DNA of 15,177 nt from Chthonomonadales bacterium (GTDB lineage: Bacteria > Armatimonadota > Chthonomonadetes > Chthonomonadales > Chthonomonadaceae). Position 1 is the first letter of the stretch; every line of letters starts with the position of its first letter. Position numbers and translations under genes: made by a program. The stretch is from the NCBI GenBank assembly GCA_038217285.1, contig JBBQPO010000151.1, forward strand, positions 1-15,177. Reading direction: 5' to 3'. Positions 13,653 through 15,177 of this stretch are shown here, one piece after another. The notes under the pieces were generated by a model. That model had not been told where the DNA came from. It did no database searches and was given only the letters and a program-made list of their open reading frames with translations.

Positions 13653-15177
13653 CTATTTCTGTCCCCAGCCGCCGCCGCCTGGTGTTTGCAGAGTCAAGAC
13701 TGTTCCTGCCGGGCAGGTTCCGCTCCATTTGCCAGGGAGGGTTACGGTTGCTTTTCCGGGGAGCGCAAGCGAATTGACGCCGACGGAGCCATCGTCGCCT
13801 CCGTGTGTTCCGAAGGGAGGATGGACGCGGCGTTCGGTCAGCAGGGAGACCTGGCACTCGGTAAGGAGTTCAACGCGGCGCAACAGGCCATTCCCGCCGT
13901 GATGCTTCCCTCCACCGCCCGTGTTGGGAGTGATAGAGTACTCCTGTATTCGCAGGGGATAGTGCGATTCCAGGGCTTCTACCGGCGTATTGCGGGTATT
14001 GGTCATGTGGGAGTGGACTGCAGCGAGGCCCGGTCCGAGTGATGAGGCCCCCGCTCCGCCGGCAAGGGTTTCGTAGTAGGCGAAGGGACGGGAACGCTGC
14101 GGGTCGTTACCTCCAATGGTCACATTGTTCATCGTTCCCTGGCTGGCGGCGGGCAGGAGATCCGGCGCTGCCTGTGCCAGAGCGCGTAGGCAGACATCGA
14201 CGATCCGTTGCGAGGTTTCGACGTTCCCGGCGGCGACAGCGGCGGGAAACCGCGCGTTGACGAGCGTTCCTTCCGGCGCGGTCACCTCGATGTCCGCAAA
14301 ACAGCCGGCGTTGGTGGGGATCTCCTCCTGGACAAGACAGCGCACGGCATAGTAGCAGGCCGAGCGTGTAATGGCTTCCGTCGCGTTTAGGGAGCCACGG
14401 GTTTGTGGTGCGGTTCCGGTAAAGTCGAAATGGATGCGCCCAGCCTCAGTGATCGACAGGGTGAGGACGATAGGGATGTCGGTATTGCCTGCGCCGTCGT
14501 CGTCCAGCACATCGGCAGCGACATAGGTTCCTGGAGGCAGGCGACGCAGAGCGGCCCGGATGGAGTAGGCGGCGAACGCGATGTTTTCCAGCGTTCGCAT
14601 TCGGAACTGGGCGACACCGTAGCGGGACAGGAGGGCTTGAAAGCGGCGGATTCCCGTCTCATTGGCGCCCACCTGCGCCGCGAGGTCTCCGCGCCGCTCT
14701 TGAGGGGTTCGGGAGTTGGCGCAGACAAGGTCACGTATATCCTCGCGAATCCTTCCTCGCTCGACCAGACGCACGGGCGAAAGGATCAGTCCTTCGTGGA
14801 ACAGTTCCGTGGAGAGCGGGAGCGAGCCGGGAGTGAGGCCGCCGATGTCGGCGTGATGCGCCCGACTGGCGACGTAGCCGACCGGGCGGGATCCCCGCCG
14901 TGAAGCCGGCAGGTAGACGGGCGCGACAAGTGTCAAGTCGGGGAGATGGGTTCCGCCGAGACGCGGATCGTTCGACAGCCACATCGTGCCGGGCGACCAC
15001 GGTACTCGTGGGCGCAGATGTTCCAGCATCAGCGGCATCGCCCCCAGATGCACGGTAATCTGGGCCGCCGGCGCCTCCTGGCGGCCCTCGCCATCGAAAA
15101 GGGCGCAGGAGTAGTCCAGCCGCTCCTTGATATTGGGCGAATAGGCCGTGCGTTCGAGTGTCGTGCCCATCTCCTCC
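13653..15177 (-). CDS. Hydantoinase B / 5-oxoprolinase family protein (5' end outside the window)
   Basis: EEMG..L.RTAYSPNIKERLDYSCA, GGTHLPD, RAHHADIGG, GNVETSQR, SQGTMNN, HMTNTRNTPVE and TPGGGGWG. The frame is open to the window edge (GAG GAG ATG), so Met at 15170 is probably internal. Confidence 0.92.
   Translation of the reverse strand, partial: EEMGTTLERTAYSPNIKERLDYSCALFDGEGRQEAPAAQITVHLGAMPLMLEHLRPRVPWSPGTMWLSNDPRLGGTHLPDLTLVAPVYLPASRRGSRPVGYVASRAHHADIGGLTPGSLPLSTELFHEGLILSPVRLVERGRIREDIRDLVCANSRTPQERRGDLAAQVGANETGIRRFQALLSRYGVAQFRMRTLENIAFAAYSIRAALRRLPPGTYVAADVLDDDGAGNTDIPIVLTLSITEAGRIHFDFTGTAPQTRGSLNATEAITRSACYYAVRCLVQEEIPTNAGCFADIEVTAPEGTLVNARFPAAVAAGNVETSQRIVDVCLRALAQAAPDLLPAASQGTMNNVTIGGNDPQRSRPFAYYETLAGGAGASSLGPGLAAVHSHMTNTRNTPVEALESHYPLRIQEYSITPNTGGGGKHHGGNGLLRRVELLTECQVSLLTERRVHPPFGTHGGDDGSVGVNSLALPGKATVTLPGKWSGTCPAGTVLTLQTPGGGGWGQK

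Overview
GC-rich bacterial chromosomal window, possibly Armatimonadota-like (weak inference from protein style). It is dominated by a minus-strand arginine biosynthesis operon: argC - DinB-family gene - argJ - argB - DUF485 - ActP-like Na+/solute symporter - argD - [ClpC N-terminal domain::ArgF fusion] - argG - argH. Upstream of argC, and missing from the ORF track, is a complete regulatory leader. It has a near-consensus sigma70 promoter (TTGACA-18-TATACT), a 20-codon peptide ending RRRERTGK*, mutually exclusive antiterminator/terminator hairpins and a second terminator-like hairpin, which together look like an arginine-sensing ribosome-mediated attenuator. The ornithine carbamoyltransferase carries an intact ClpC N-terminal domain that retains the residues binding phospho-arginine in B. 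subtilis ClpC. Two inverted copies of a 113-bp REPIN-like element with compensatory base changes lie in intergenic regions. Flanking genes are a partial Gfo/Idh/MocA oxidoreductase, a lipoprotein polysaccharide deacetylase behind an ECF-sigma-like promoter, and a 5'-truncated hydantoinase B/oxoprolinase.
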